The position numbers and the translations under genes were made by a program. A DNA stretch of 49,816 nucleotides from Proteromonas lacertae. Lineage: Eukaryota. Each line of letters starts with the position of its first letter. The stretch's first letter is position 1. The notes under the pieces were generated by a model. It ran no database searches and was not told the origin of the DNA. It saw nothing but the letters and a program-made list of their open reading frames with translations. The stretch is from NCBI GenBank assembly GCA_002245135.1, contig NGBS01000340.1:1-49816 (forward strand), given 5' to 3'. This document shows, one piece after another, positions 1-13,168 of this stretch.

Positions 1-1158
1 GCTCAGAATTACCACAATGGACTGGATATTTGTTGTGGAAGCACTATATTAATGCTTTAGGTGGTATATGTGTAGAAGGAGATATGAATATGAAAAATCA
101 ATGTACAGGAAAGCTGTATGTGTATTTTTTGTAGTTATTAATAGAATGAAAGTGTGTATGGTTATAAAAATCATAGATGACACTGTATAATATTCATTTT
201 ATTGTATAGACAGCATCAGATGAACAATATACTAAATCATTATATGATTGGGTTGATGAAATAGCACAAAAACCAGTAGATGTCCGTCCTCATTTTCTCA
301 TAACTCCAATGGGTGATAATTATGTTTGTTTCAATCAACGAATATGTTTATAAAGAAGTATGGAACATTTGGATTTAATACATTAATACTAGGTTCATGG
401 TATATATATATTATTTCATAGTGCTCCTGATAATGGTTTTTCTACTGATTATAAATTCGCATTAACTCCCATAATGAGAAGTGAAGAAACAGCATTACCA
501 GCAGTTGATATATTTCCATAAAAGAATGGGGTTTAGAAATGGTCTATATTAACAGACACAGTTACAATCGATTATAGTATAAATGTCATCTCAGCAATAG
601 AAAAGAATTATAAAGACATGACTTCTGAATAATGGATGTAGTAGTAAAAAGATGTGAAAGTCAAAAGTTCAATTTAATCAGCTCCTAATTGTAAATATGT
701 TAGTGATTGTGACAGTAAAGAAGATTGTGTATATCCAATGATTGATTTAAATCAATATAATACTTATCAATTAACAGAAACAATGAAAAGCTGGTTAAAA
801 TTAATACAGAATGAAGATCCAGGATGTTTTAATCTTAAATGTTGATGATCGATTTAGTACCTATTTAAATCTATTAAAAGAATTAAAATATACTCCCAGA
901 GTAATAATGGGCTTGACTCGAAGTAGTACAGTGATTATACACGAGATAGAGGTGTAGATAATACATATGTCTATTATGCAAGTGCATTCAGTGAGAGTGT
1001 TGGATATGGTTATAAAGGAGATAATAAAGCATATATGGGCAATACTGAGGATTATATTAAATATGTTTGATGATAATTATATAAACTTTTTAAATAAAAC
1101 AATTTATCCTAAATCATCAGTATCATTTAGTGGTGATTATGAATATATTGGAAGAGGG

Positions 1159-1193
<35 letters not shown>

Positions 1194-3133
1194 TATATAT
1201 ATATTATATTAATGTTCTTATATATATATAGAAGTTTGATTGGAATAACAATTCAAAGAATTACAGAATTATCATCAACCATCCGAAATGTTAATTTCGA
1301 AGATAATGCTAATTCTTTACTTCATATAAATTTTGGTAATCTTTTAGCTGTATTTGAATCATCTTTTTCTGTATGTGTTAGTGAAGATAGAGAGGAAGTA
1401 ACACAAAATTGTAAATCATTAAGTTGTAAAGAAGGATGCCAGGTTTGGGAGACATTCTTTGGGCCTGTTAGTTTTGATAATACTCATATGAATAGAGAAT
1501 TAAAATCAACATTACATCAAATACAGTCCTATGAACATTATACTGTTCCACATATTATTGCACCTTCTACATCTCCAATATGTAATAAAGATGATCATAT
1601 TTGTAGTGAAAGTAATGGTTATTCTGATTGTACTTGTCATGTAATTTATCCAGCTCCTTATACTTGGCTTCCTAAAGAAATTGATATTTATTATTTCACT
1701 GATACTACTTCATTAGCATTATTTATAACATTTAGTGTTTTGTTGATTCTATTAGATATTTTTGTATTTGTCTTTTTTAAACAGAATCAAAGGTATTATT
1801 ATATTAATATATTACATTTTTATTTTTATTTGTATAGAAAGTTTAAAATTTATAAAATACCACTAAGTTTTGGTTTTTGGTTGTTTATCCCTATATTACT
1901 GGGTATATATCAAATTTTGATAGTTGTAAGAAAGAATAATGCATCTTGTGTCTTTGAGCAGTTTATAGACAATTTTTACATTTTCTTCTACTCATTTGTA
2001 CCATATTTTGTAAATAAGGAAATAGAACAAGAGAATTTTAGAAATAATAGAATAGAGATTACCATGTTATCTTTATTCTATATATTATTGTTAGTTAGAT
2101 TAGCATTTGTAAATAGACAGGAAATTACAATAGAAAACGAATCTTTTTTTGGAATTGAATATTATAGTAAGTGTTGCAATTACCATATGCAAGAGACTGT
2201 TTCATACTTTTTATGGTTATTGTTAGCAGTTCAATTATACTATGTAATTGCTAGAAATCCTAAAAGAAGTAAACCTGTGTTTGAATTACAGGTTGTTTAT
2301 CTTGTCTATTCCATTATATTTGGAATATTACGGATGATTATAGCTTTAAATGAGCCTATAGATCGTGATCTAATATTAGTAATATACATTTGTTATTATA
2401 TATTATCACTTCTTTATATGATTCCAATTGTATATTTTGTCATTTCCAAACGTGCAACAGTATCTTTTCATGATTTTACACTCAAAAGTATTCAAAGAAA
2501 GAATTTGAAACATTTTCTACATAACAAGCTCCTGAGAGAACATTTGATATGTTTTTGTGAAGAAAAATATGCAAAAGCAATTGAATTTTATGGTGATGTT
2601 AGAGAATATGAAAAGATTAAAGATAAAAGTATTCTACAACAAAAAGCAGAAGAAATATTAAGAAGATATATAGAAGTAGATTATGAGTTTTTAAATGTCG
2701 ATATTAGAGAACATATTAATTCACATTATGCACTTATTGTATAATATTTTTTATTTAATTTTTATTTGAATAGTCTAATAGATTATATCGTGAAGCTAGA
2801 GATTCTGCATTTGAATATATATTAGTTAACATTTGGCCATCATTTTATAGATCTTCTGAATATGAACATTCATTATCTGATGTTGATAATTTGAGATATA
2901 TGTTGTCTAGAAGTAATACAATTCGTAAATCAATAGAAATATCTTTAAATGTTTCAATTTTGAATGAATCATTATCTGCTGAAGAGAAAGATGAGATATT
3001 GTGTAAATATAAAATTAGAGGCTCTTCTTTATCATCAAAAGCTAATAGATCAACCACTAAGTCAATATCTCGTACATCTACATCACAACATTCTCGTGTT
3101 TCATTAGCTAGTAAGAATGAGAAAAAGAAATAA
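1..3133 (+). CDS. Multi-exon 7TM receptor-like protein with large N-terminal extracellular region and C-terminal RGS domain (5' end outside window)
   Basis: ORF 1212-2744 has about 7 hydrophobic segments, then LREHLICFCEEKYAKAIEFYGDVREYEK...KAEEILRRYI. GT-AG intron 2739-2773 continues in frame into SNRLYREARDSAFEYILVNIWPSFYRSSEY (RGS C-terminal helices) and ORF 2891-3133. 5' exons (1-1160) contain apparent 1-bp indels. Confidence 0.7.
1159..1202. repeat. (TA)n microsatellite inside an intron of the 7TM-RGS gene
   Basis: tatatata run directly after GT donor at ~1158; produces the spurious YIYIYI translation. Confidence 0.85.
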
Positions 3134-3372
3134 AAAAACGAGTGATATAGTATTATAAGTTAAGAATTTCCTTTGTTTTGTGTAATCTTAAGTATTTAAA
3201 ATTTAATTTTTATTATGTTTGGGTTGATTTGTATAATATTTTTAATTGTTGTATAACTAATTAAATTGTATATTATTAACCCATATTGGAAACGAGATTC
3301 ATTCTGAAATTTAAATCGGTTTATTCAACGGATGTTGGTGAAACGAATATTTTTTTTAATTCTATAGAAGAA

Positions 3373-4537
3373 ATGAATGAAATTCCTACAACAACCGAGG
3401 TAGATACAAACTCTCTGAACGAAAATTCTATCTTATTTGCTAAATACTTTAATAGTATCCTTGTTACCTTTATTTTTAGTGAATAATTCTGAGATTCAAC
3501 ACATTAAAAAGAAATATAATTACCTACTAAAGTAACTACTAAAAATATATTTAATAGAAATTTTATAACTAACAAAGAGAATAAATATGTATTCTTAGAT
3601 GCGTTCGGCTGTCATTTGAAGCAATTTAACCATTTTTTATATGATCAATATCGTATATAACCCCATTTAATATTTCCTAGAAGACTCTTTTATACCTTGG
3701 AACGATTTCTTTCAAATAGTAGTATTCCTCTGTCTTGCACCTTGTGTAGCAGTTTTTTATGGTATATTTATGATAATTTATTACAATATTATAGCTATAT
3801 TGAATATACAAAATAATATTGGTGGATTAGTTGATTTTGAGAGTGTGAAAAAGATGGCTTATTTATTTAATACAGATGTGTTGACTGTTGGTGTTATTGA
3901 AGACACTTTTCATCATTTAGATTTAAACGATGATGGCTATTTGAGTTTGCATCAATTCTTCAATTTCACTTCAAGAACTGCTATTCTTTGGAAACCATTA
4001 TATTATTATCGTATCATTCTCATAGAAGTATTTTTTCCTGAAGGTAGCTATGGAACTGTTCTAAATAGAAAGTTAAACCTAAGAAGTACTTTAGACTACA
4101 TGAGTCGTCACAATAATAAATTACCACCATTAAGATGTAGTGAATCTATATCACGTAAATTAAAGGGATTACCACATCCTTTGAAATTTGATTATGTAGA
4201 GGATGCATCTAGAAGCAGTGGCAGTAGGTCTTCAATTGCATTTGCTGATTTAACAGAAATATTCATTAAATTATACAACCCTGAATATGTGTTACTTCAT
4301 GAAACTCTTTCTTCAAAACATTTAAAAAGCTTTACTACAACAGATACACTCAGAAATATAGACTATTACTATGTGTTATTGAGGAAGAAATATCGTTGGA
4401 AAGAGAGTTTATCTAACGTTAACTTCTCTTCAATAGAATTTAAACTATCAACTTCGAGAAGTAAGTCCATATTAAAACAATCATCAAGCAGTCACTCATC
4501 TAAATATGCAGTAACTCCTTTGATTGATTATCCTTAA
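3373..4537 (+). CDS. EF-hand-containing protein, paralog A (5 exons)
   Basis: ATG 3373; four 25-34 nt GT-AG introns splice in frame into ORF 3770-4537; EF-hand loop DLNDDGYLSLHQF. Confidence 0.7.
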
Positions 4538-7500
4538 CAACAGTTAATATTTCATAATAAAAATAGATAATATAAGTTTAATATATTTTAAAAATGTAAT
4601 ATACATAAGGAATATTTTTGCTTTATTCAAATTTTATTTTATATAAAAATGTATCCGTTTCATAATTCAAATTTTACTTTTTTAAGGTTGTTTAAGGTTA
4701 TTTAGTTACAAGCAAAATAGAAGATTAGCATTGAACTGAATATATCTATACAGGAAATATGGTTTAAAGAAAATAGAATGTTTTTAAAAGTATATACAGT
4801 TGATTATATATTTAGTGGATTATACATGTATGTGTCAAACGTATATTTTGAATATATATGAAATAATGGATATATAAGGAAGAGAGATAATAATTACTAT
4901 TGTTTGTTGTGTAAACGAAAAGAAGATAATAAAATTCTACTACAGAATTGCTATTAATAAATCAAATAGAAACAATATAGATTAATGAAAAAATGTAAAT
5001 ATCCGATGGTAATTATTCAAAATTGATTTAAACCATCAATCTTTCTTTTATAACCATATATAAGTTATTTTTAAAAAGTGGAGAGAATTAAATTATGAAT
5101 AATATTATATATATAACTCGTTACTGCTAGTAATGAAAATATAATGTATTTGTATTTTTGTTTTGGATTGATTATATAAAATATTTATTATTCTAACCTG
5201 TATAAACATTTTGTTTATTTTAAACTCAAAATTATAGTAAGAGTATTTTTTAAATTCTTTTTTGAATTTATTTAACGTCATTAGAGAAACGAATCTATTT
5301 TAATTACAACATTAGAAATGGATGAAATTTCCCCAATGATTAAAGAAGATCCCAATTCATTGAATGAAAACTCAATTTTGTTTGCTAAATATTTCAATCG
5401 TATGTTATTTTGGTCTAGTTTTAGTTAATAATTATGAGATTCAACACATAAAAAAGAAATACGACTATTTCCAGAAGTAATAATTGATTTTATATTTAAT
5501 AGTACTATTAATGGCAGTAAGGAAAGGAATTTTATTTTTTTGGAAGTGTTTGGTTGTCATTTAAAAGCATTTAATCATCTCTTATACGATCATTATGGTA
5601 TATGATAATATTTGCTTTATCTATAGAAAGCAGCTCGATGCCTTGGAACGATTTCTTTCAAATAACCGTATTTTTATGCCTTGCTCCAAATATAGGAGTG
5701 TTCTTTGGTATTTAATTGTTATATATAATATAATTAAATATAGCTTTGTTGAATATGGATAATAGTTTTAAAAGGATTAGTTGATTTTAAGAGTGTAAAA
5801 AAGATGGCAAAGTTATTTGATACTGATATTTTAGCGCTAGGCGTAGTTGAAGAATCATTTAATCATCTGGATATCAATTTTGATGGTTATTTGAGTTTGC
5901 ATCAATTCTTCAACTTTGCTTCAAGAACTGCTATTCTTTGGAAACCATTGTATTATGCACGCATTATGTTATTGGAAGTATTTTTCCCCAAAGGAAGTTA
6001 TGCCTATATATTCAACAGAAAATTAAGTGTAAAAACTACTATCGATTATATGAATGATCATAATGGCAATTTACCACCATTAAGATGTAGTGAATCTATA
6101 TCACGTAAATTAAAGGGATTACCACATCCTTTGAAATTTGATTATGTAGAGGATGCATCTAGAAGCAGTGGCAGTAGGTCTTCAATTGCATTTGCTGATT
6201 TAACAGAAATATTCATTAAATTATACAACCCTGAATATGTGTTACTTCATGAAACTCTTTCTTCAAAACATTTAAAAAGCTTTACTACAACAGATACACT
6301 CAGAAATATAGACTATTACTATGTGTTATTGAGGAAGAAATATCGTTGGAAAGAGAGTTTATCTAACGTTAACTTCTCTTCAATAGAATTTAAACTATCA
6401 ACTTCGAGAAGTAAGTCCATATTAAAACAATCATCAAGCAGTCACTCATCTAAATATGCAGTAACTCCTTTGATTGATTATCCTTAACAACAGTTAATAT
6501 TTCATAATAAAAATAGATAATATAAGTTTAATATATTTTAAAAATGTAATATACATAAGGAATATTTTTGCTTTATTCAAATTTTATTTTATATAAAAAT
6601 GTATCCGTTTCATAATTCAAATTTTACTTTTTTAAGGTTGTTTAAGGTTATTTAGTTACAAGCAAAATAGAAGATTAGCATTGAACTGAATATATCTATA
6701 CAGGAAATATGGTTTAAAGAAAATAGAATGTTTTTAAAAGTATATACAGTTGATTATATATTTAGTGGATTATACATGTATGTGTCAAACGTATATTTTG
6801 AATATATATGAAATAATGGATATATAAGGAAGAGAGATAATAATTACTATTGTTTGTTGTGTAAACGAAAAGAAGATAATAAAATTCTACTACAGAATTG
6901 CTATTAATAAATCAAATAGAAACAATATAGATTAATGAAAAAATGTAAATATCCGATGGTAATTATTCAAAATTGATTTAAACCATCAATCTTTCTTTTA
7001 TAACCATATATAAGTTATTTTTAAAAAGTGGAGAGAATTAAATTATGAATAATATTATATATATAACTCGTTACTGCTAGTAATGAAAATATAATGTATT
7101 TGTATTTTTGTTTTGGATTGATTATATAAAATATTTATTATTCTAACCTGTATAAACATTTTGTTTATTTTAAACTCAAAATTATAGTAAGAGTATTTTT
7201 TAAATTCTTTTTTGAATTTATTTAACGTCATTAGAGAAACGAATCTATTTTAATTACAACATTAGAAATGGATGAAATTTCCCCAATGATTAAAGAAGAT
7301 CCCAATTCATTGAATGAAAACTCAATTTTGTTTGCTAAATATTTCAATCGTATGTTATTTTGGTCTAGTTTTAGTTAATAATTATGAGATTCAACACATA
7401 AAAAAGAAATACGACTATTTCCAGAAGTAATAATTGATTTTATATTTAATAGTACTATTAATGGCAGTAAGGAAAGGAATTTTATTTTTTTGGAAGTGTT

Positions 7501-8322
7501 TGGTTGTCATTTAAAAGCATTTAATCATCTCTTATACGATCATTATGGTATATGATAATATTTGCTTTATCTATAGAAAGCAGCTCGATGCCTTGGAACG
7601 ATTTCTTTCAAATAACCGTATTTTTATGCCTTGCTCCAAATATAGGAGTGTTCTTTGGTATTTAATTGTTATATATAATATAATTAAATATAGCTTTGTT
7701 GAATATGGATAATAGTTTTAAAAGGATTAGTTGATTTTAAGAGTGTAAAAAAGATGGCAAAGTTATTTGATACTGATATTTTAGCGCTAGGCGTAGTTGA
7801 AGAATCATTTAATCATCTGGATATCAATTTTGATGGTTATTTGAGTTTGCATCAATTCTTCAACTTTGCTTCAAGAACTGCTATTCTTTGGAAACCATTG
7901 TATTATGCACGCATTATGTTATTGGAAGTATTTTTCCCCAAAGGAAGTTATGCCTATATATTCAACAGAAAATTAAGTGTAAAAACTACTATCGATTATA
8001 TGAATGATCATAATGGCAATTTACCACCATTAAGATGTAGTGAATCTATATCACGTAAATTAAAGGGATTACCACATCCTTTGAAATTTGATTATGTAGA
8101 GGATGCATCTAGAAGCAGTGGCAGTAGGTCTTCAATTGCATTTGCTGATTTAACAGAAATATTCATTAAATTATACAACCCTGAATATGTGTTACTTCAT
8201 GAAACTCTTTCTTCAAAACATTTAAAAAGCTTTACTACAACAGATACACTCAGAAATATAGACTATTACTATGTGTTATTGAGGAAGAAATATCGTTGGA
8301 AAGAGAGTTTATCTAACGTTAA
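4121..8322. repeat. Exact tandem duplication, period 1950 bp
   Basis: 4121-6372 matches 6071-8322 with no difference noticed by eye, including intergenic DNA. Confidence 0.9.
5318..6487 (+). CDS. EF-hand protein paralog B (5' half like C, 3' end like A); +1 frameshift at ~5770
   Basis: ATG 5318, same intron positions as A, EF loop DINFDGYLSLHQF; one extra base in ttttaaaaggatta breaks the frame relative to paralog A. Confidence 0.65.
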
Positions 8323-8437
8323 AATCTCTTCAATAGATTTTAAACTGTCATCTGGAAGGAATAAATCGATCTTAAAACAATCATCAAGCAGTCACTCATC
8401 TAAATATGCAGTAACTCCTGTGACTGAAGATATTTAG
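7268..8437 (+). CDS. EF-hand protein paralog C; same +1 frameshift at ~7720
   Basis: Identical to B up to 8322, then a distinct C-terminus (KISSIDFKLSSGRNK...VTEDI). Confidence 0.65.
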
Positions 8438-8673
8438 AATTATAATGTGTTCTACATCAGAAAATAAATGATAATAATTTAATACAGTATAATATAGTCA
8501 GAATTGGAAATATTTTTGAGTGTTTTTGTTGGTTTATGGTCATTTCTCATAATCTTGAATATTCACTTTAAAAAACTACTCATTTTAGATGTATATGTTT
8601 TAGCATAATACTTATATTCAATAACACAGTTGCCATCAACATAATACAATTATATTTCACGTATAACGAATAA

Positions 8674-10255
8674 TGATGAAAATAATACCTTCTTCATCCG
8701 ATGCTGAGCATGAGCTATCAGATGAGTCTATTTCATATGCATGTTATTTATATTGTATTTATCTTATTTATCTTGTGTGTATTAGTAAATCACCACGAGA
8801 TAAAATTCATTAAGTCAAAATTTTATAAATAGTATATTAATATGATGTTTATATTTATTGTAATAGTTTGCAACACATTCATAAAACAGCTGGCAATAGT
8901 TTTTCTTCATTTCTGAATCTTGAACCAATCCCTCTTCATTCCTATCTAACATCTATATATCCTAAACATATTTTAACATGGGATGGATTTTTTCAACTAA
9001 GTCTGTTTTTTTCTTTTGCTCCAACTCATGAACTATTGTATGGTCTTTTTAGCACGATGAATACATTTAATGGTACAGTAATGTGGGTATATTTATAATT
9101 ATTTACATATAATATCCTGTAGACTCATATTAATTCATTACTATCGTTGTTACAAACTCAAATATACTGTGATGAGATATATGAAATGTTATTTAGAAAA
9201 TATGATACGTATATTATTTATATAATCATATAATTCGATATAGAAATTACAGAGGATGTCTTAATTTCAAAGATTTCCTTAGTTTTGCAGTGAAAACTGA
9301 AATTTTATGGAGACCAATCTTTATTCTACAAAATACAATAATAAAGCAGATAATAACACCCAAAATAGTGAAAGTAATAAATAATCGTCGTAATTCAATA
9401 TACACAATAAAGATGTATAAGAGATTAAATAACAATAAATATCCTAAAGAATCCTGCCTACGTAATATAATGAATCACATCACTTTACATTATAACCCAT
9501 TAGAATTTGATTATGAAAATGATGATGATGATGATGATGATGAAGAAGAAAATGAAGATAATGTTGATATAGATTATTATAACTACACTGCATCAGCAAA
9601 TAATAATAATAATAATAATAGCAAGACTTTACAACCAAAACAACCTATACGCAATTCAAAACTGAGAATAAATTCATTAGAAACAATCAAAAAGAAAGAT
9701 ACAATAAATAGAATCAGTGGTGAGAATAGTAGTAGTAGTGAAACAAAAACTACAACCAGAACTATAAAAACCACCACTACCACCACCACAACAACAACAA
9801 CAATTAGTAACAAAACAACAATTAACATTAATAATAATAATAAGAAAAGTCATATTTTACTTTCATTTAGTGATTTAACTATCATATTTGCTAAGAAATA
9901 CAATCCTCTGTGTGATGAACAAAATGGTCATTTTGGTGTAACTTTAGCATTATACAGATATAATACATCTCGTGAATATGATGATAATGATAGTAAAATG
10001 TATTATTACCCATCTTCTACATCCTCTAATAATACAACAGATGGCTTATCATTAGGTTCACGACTATCTAAATTATCGAATAATATTGTAATACCACCAC
10101 CACAACAACAACGACAATCATTTCAATTGAATAATCATATAATTAATAAACAATTGTCAAAATGTGAGAGTGTAATAAGAGCTGAGAAAACTCCTAGCCA
10201 TCATAACACAATGAATAATATAAATAATAATAATAATAATAATAACTTTTTCTAA
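8674..10255 (+). CDS. Diverged fourth paralog of the EF-hand family, with low-complexity N/D/T insertions (5' boundary approximate)
   Basis: TWDGFFQL..F..APT, GCLNFKDFLSFAVKTEILWRPIF, NPLEFDY and SFSDLTIIFAKKYNP align with PWNDFFQI, RTAILWKPLY, HPLKFDY and AFADLTEIFIKLYNP of paralogs A-C. Confidence 0.55.
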
Positions 10256-10337
10256 TAATTTAAGATTATTATTTATATTCTATTTAATTAATGAAAATTA
10301 CATTATACAACAACAAATCAAGAAAAAAGATCAGACT

Positions 10338-10814
10338 TATGTGTATAACATGTTACAAAAAACAGATTAATTGAAATATTAATAGTTTTTTGTTATTATT
10401 TTTATTAACTATTTATTATGATCACTTAAAACAGGGTTATATGAAATGGTCATGTCAGAAAGATCAGTTTTTGACCAATTGGTTGATAAGTTTTTACTAT
10501 TCTTGTAATTTGATTTTATACTTTCCAATGAGTAATACTATTACGTTATATATTTAATATATGGTTCGGAATGATATTAAAAATTTGAAAGAAAGATGAC
10601 AAACTTTTTGGCTTGATAGAAATGTATTTTCTTGTATTTCTATATTTTCACACTTACAATCATTTAGAGTGAATTGTTGTGATATCAGTACTATCTATGC
10701 TACTTAATTTAACTTCTGATAATGTTAGAAACATTTGTAGGGGTGTGTTTAGTCAAATTTCTCTGTGTCAGGTGATATTGAATAATAAAATGAGATATCA
10801 ATTAATATTTATTA
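10338..10814. repeat. ~475-bp dispersed direct repeat, copy 1 (copy 2 at 21173-21649)
   Basis: tatgtgtataacatgttaca...tgagatatcaattaatatttatta at both loci with scattered substitutions. Confidence 0.85.
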
Positions 10815-10969
10815 AGAAGTGAAAATAGAAGAGGAATATGGTTATTGATATTAGTTTTAATTTTAGAGTAATTAGAAGAATATAGGTTATAAAAACAGTA
10901 ATAAATTAAGACTTATTGTGTAGAAGTAAATATAAGAATAAAAAAGAAATAGGTTTAGAAAATATATAA

Positions 10970-11218
10970 TACAGTCAGACGATGTTATTGAATGAGATTA
11001 ATATAAAATTCTTAGGTAGTTATGATTTCTTCTATTTGCCAATTGATTTTAAGAACAGTTGTAATGTTGGTTATGCTTTTATAGATTTTATCAATCCAAT
11101 GCAATAATAGAATTCTATAAAATTTAATAATCGAAAGTGGAATAAGTTTAACAGTGAAAAAATCTGTGATATAAAATATGGTAGAATTCAAGGTAAAGAA
11201 GGACTTATTTCCTATTGA
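10970..11218 (+). pseudogene. Mei2-like RRM3 (RRM_2) fragment
   Basis: [43 protein letters not shown]...KFNNRKWNKFNSEKICDIKYGRIQGK, with stops from compensating frameshifts at ~11100-11120; not in the ORF track. Confidence 0.85.
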
Positions 11219-11557
11219 TTGTTATAATTCTATGTTGAAATAAATATCTTCATATCAAATTTGTATAATTGTTATGTTTTCTTCTAATTAATATTGTTTT
11301 GTTATACAGTTTATAAACATCATTAACAATATTCAATTAATGATTTACAATAAATATTGTATTTTACGCTGTAATGGTAATGAAAATGAATTGGCTTGAA
11401 TTTAAAAAATGAATTATGACAAACACGAAATAGTTAGTAATCATTGAATATTAAATATTGAAGAACATTTAAGAAGTTAATGGAGTTTTGAAATAACAAA
11501 TATTTAAAACATAATACAGTTAATGAAAGTAAAAATTAAAAAATATGAAGAATTATA

Positions 11558-13135
11558 CTAACCATATACGTATGACAGTAATATTCCACATGAAATACAA
11601 ATTGTTTCAGATGTTCTTCTTGCAAGAAGATCTTCTAAATATGACGGAAATGAATTTACATCTCTACCTGGGGAATTATATAAAACAAACCAAAACCATC
11701 TTCATTTTTTCTTGTATATATTTTATATAAATTCATAAGTATATAAACCATTTCAGGTGATAAATCATGTCTTTTACTAATAGTAAACTGAATACCCATA
11801 GGATCAATAAATGCATCAATATCAGGAAATCCTCCATTGTAACTTAAATCGAATAAATTCATTTCTTTTTTATTCATTCTTTTACCTAAATCAATATCAT
11901 CTTTAACTTCCACTACTTCAACATTTTTTATCTTGTCTTTTGTCGTTTTATGTTTTCTATCTTTATATATTTTATCAATAATTAATTCTTTTAAATTGTT
12001 ATTTAAATCACACATTTTATTTATTATCATTTCTCTAAATCTTTCATTACTTTCCAATAAATATAACATTATATTCTCATATATACATCCAATTATACTT
12101 CCATTTGTAGATTTAAACAATAAATTTATCATCTCTTTGCATTCTTCTATTGAAGTAATTTTGAATAGTACTTTCGTAGCTATTTTTTGAACTGTTTTAG
12201 ATATGAATATCAAATGATTGGATTCAGTAACATCTTCATATGTTTCATATATTAATATTTTATTATATTTTGTATTGTTTTCATCTTTCGAAAGAGAAGA
12301 TAAACTAATTCCTTTTATAATGTCTTTGATTTTGTGATTTTCTTTCATTTTAGTAAGTTCATATTTAATCATTTCTTCATCACATTCTTTATTTCCAATT
12401 ATACCTCCATAATATTCATAATTCTTTCTATATAATTTTATTCTTCTTTCATAACCCTTTTTATCTCCAGATTTTAATGTTGATCTTTCTCTTAATTCAC
12501 ATCTATTAATAAAATGTTTTGCAGGTATAAAATATTTAGAATTTTCTAGAATTATTACTTCTTCTACTTCTTCTTTTGTAAATGGAGGTATATACATTAC
12601 CAGAGGATATCTCTTACTCTCAAATGTTTTATACTTTTTATCACATGGATCAGCTAATAGTATTATCATTTTTGCATCAGCATAATCATCTTCTCCAATT
12701 ACACCTCCATCACAAATTAATATATAATCTTTGTCTATTTCACATTCATTATAACCTTTTATTCTCTCTCCGTTTCCATCTATATGTTTTATTCTAACTT
12801 TTTCATTCCTCTTTTCATGAATATATTCTTTTATAACATTCGCTAATATTAATTTTCCTATTCCAGCTTGTCCAAATATTAAATAGTTCTTTTGATGTTT
12901 AAAATCTAGATTCATACCTTCAGGATAAATAATATCCAAAATTGATTTATAACATTTTCTCATCAAATAAATAGTCTCAGCATCTATATCAGCAAATATT
13001 TCAAAATCCACTTTTTCTGGTAGTTTACATAATGGTGATGGATTTTCAGTTACAGCTTCTTCCTCTTCATCATCTTCCTCTTCCTCCCTCTCCTTCTCTT
13101 TCTCTTCTCTTTTTTCTTCTTCTATTTCTATTTCA

Positions 13136-13168
<33 letters not shown>

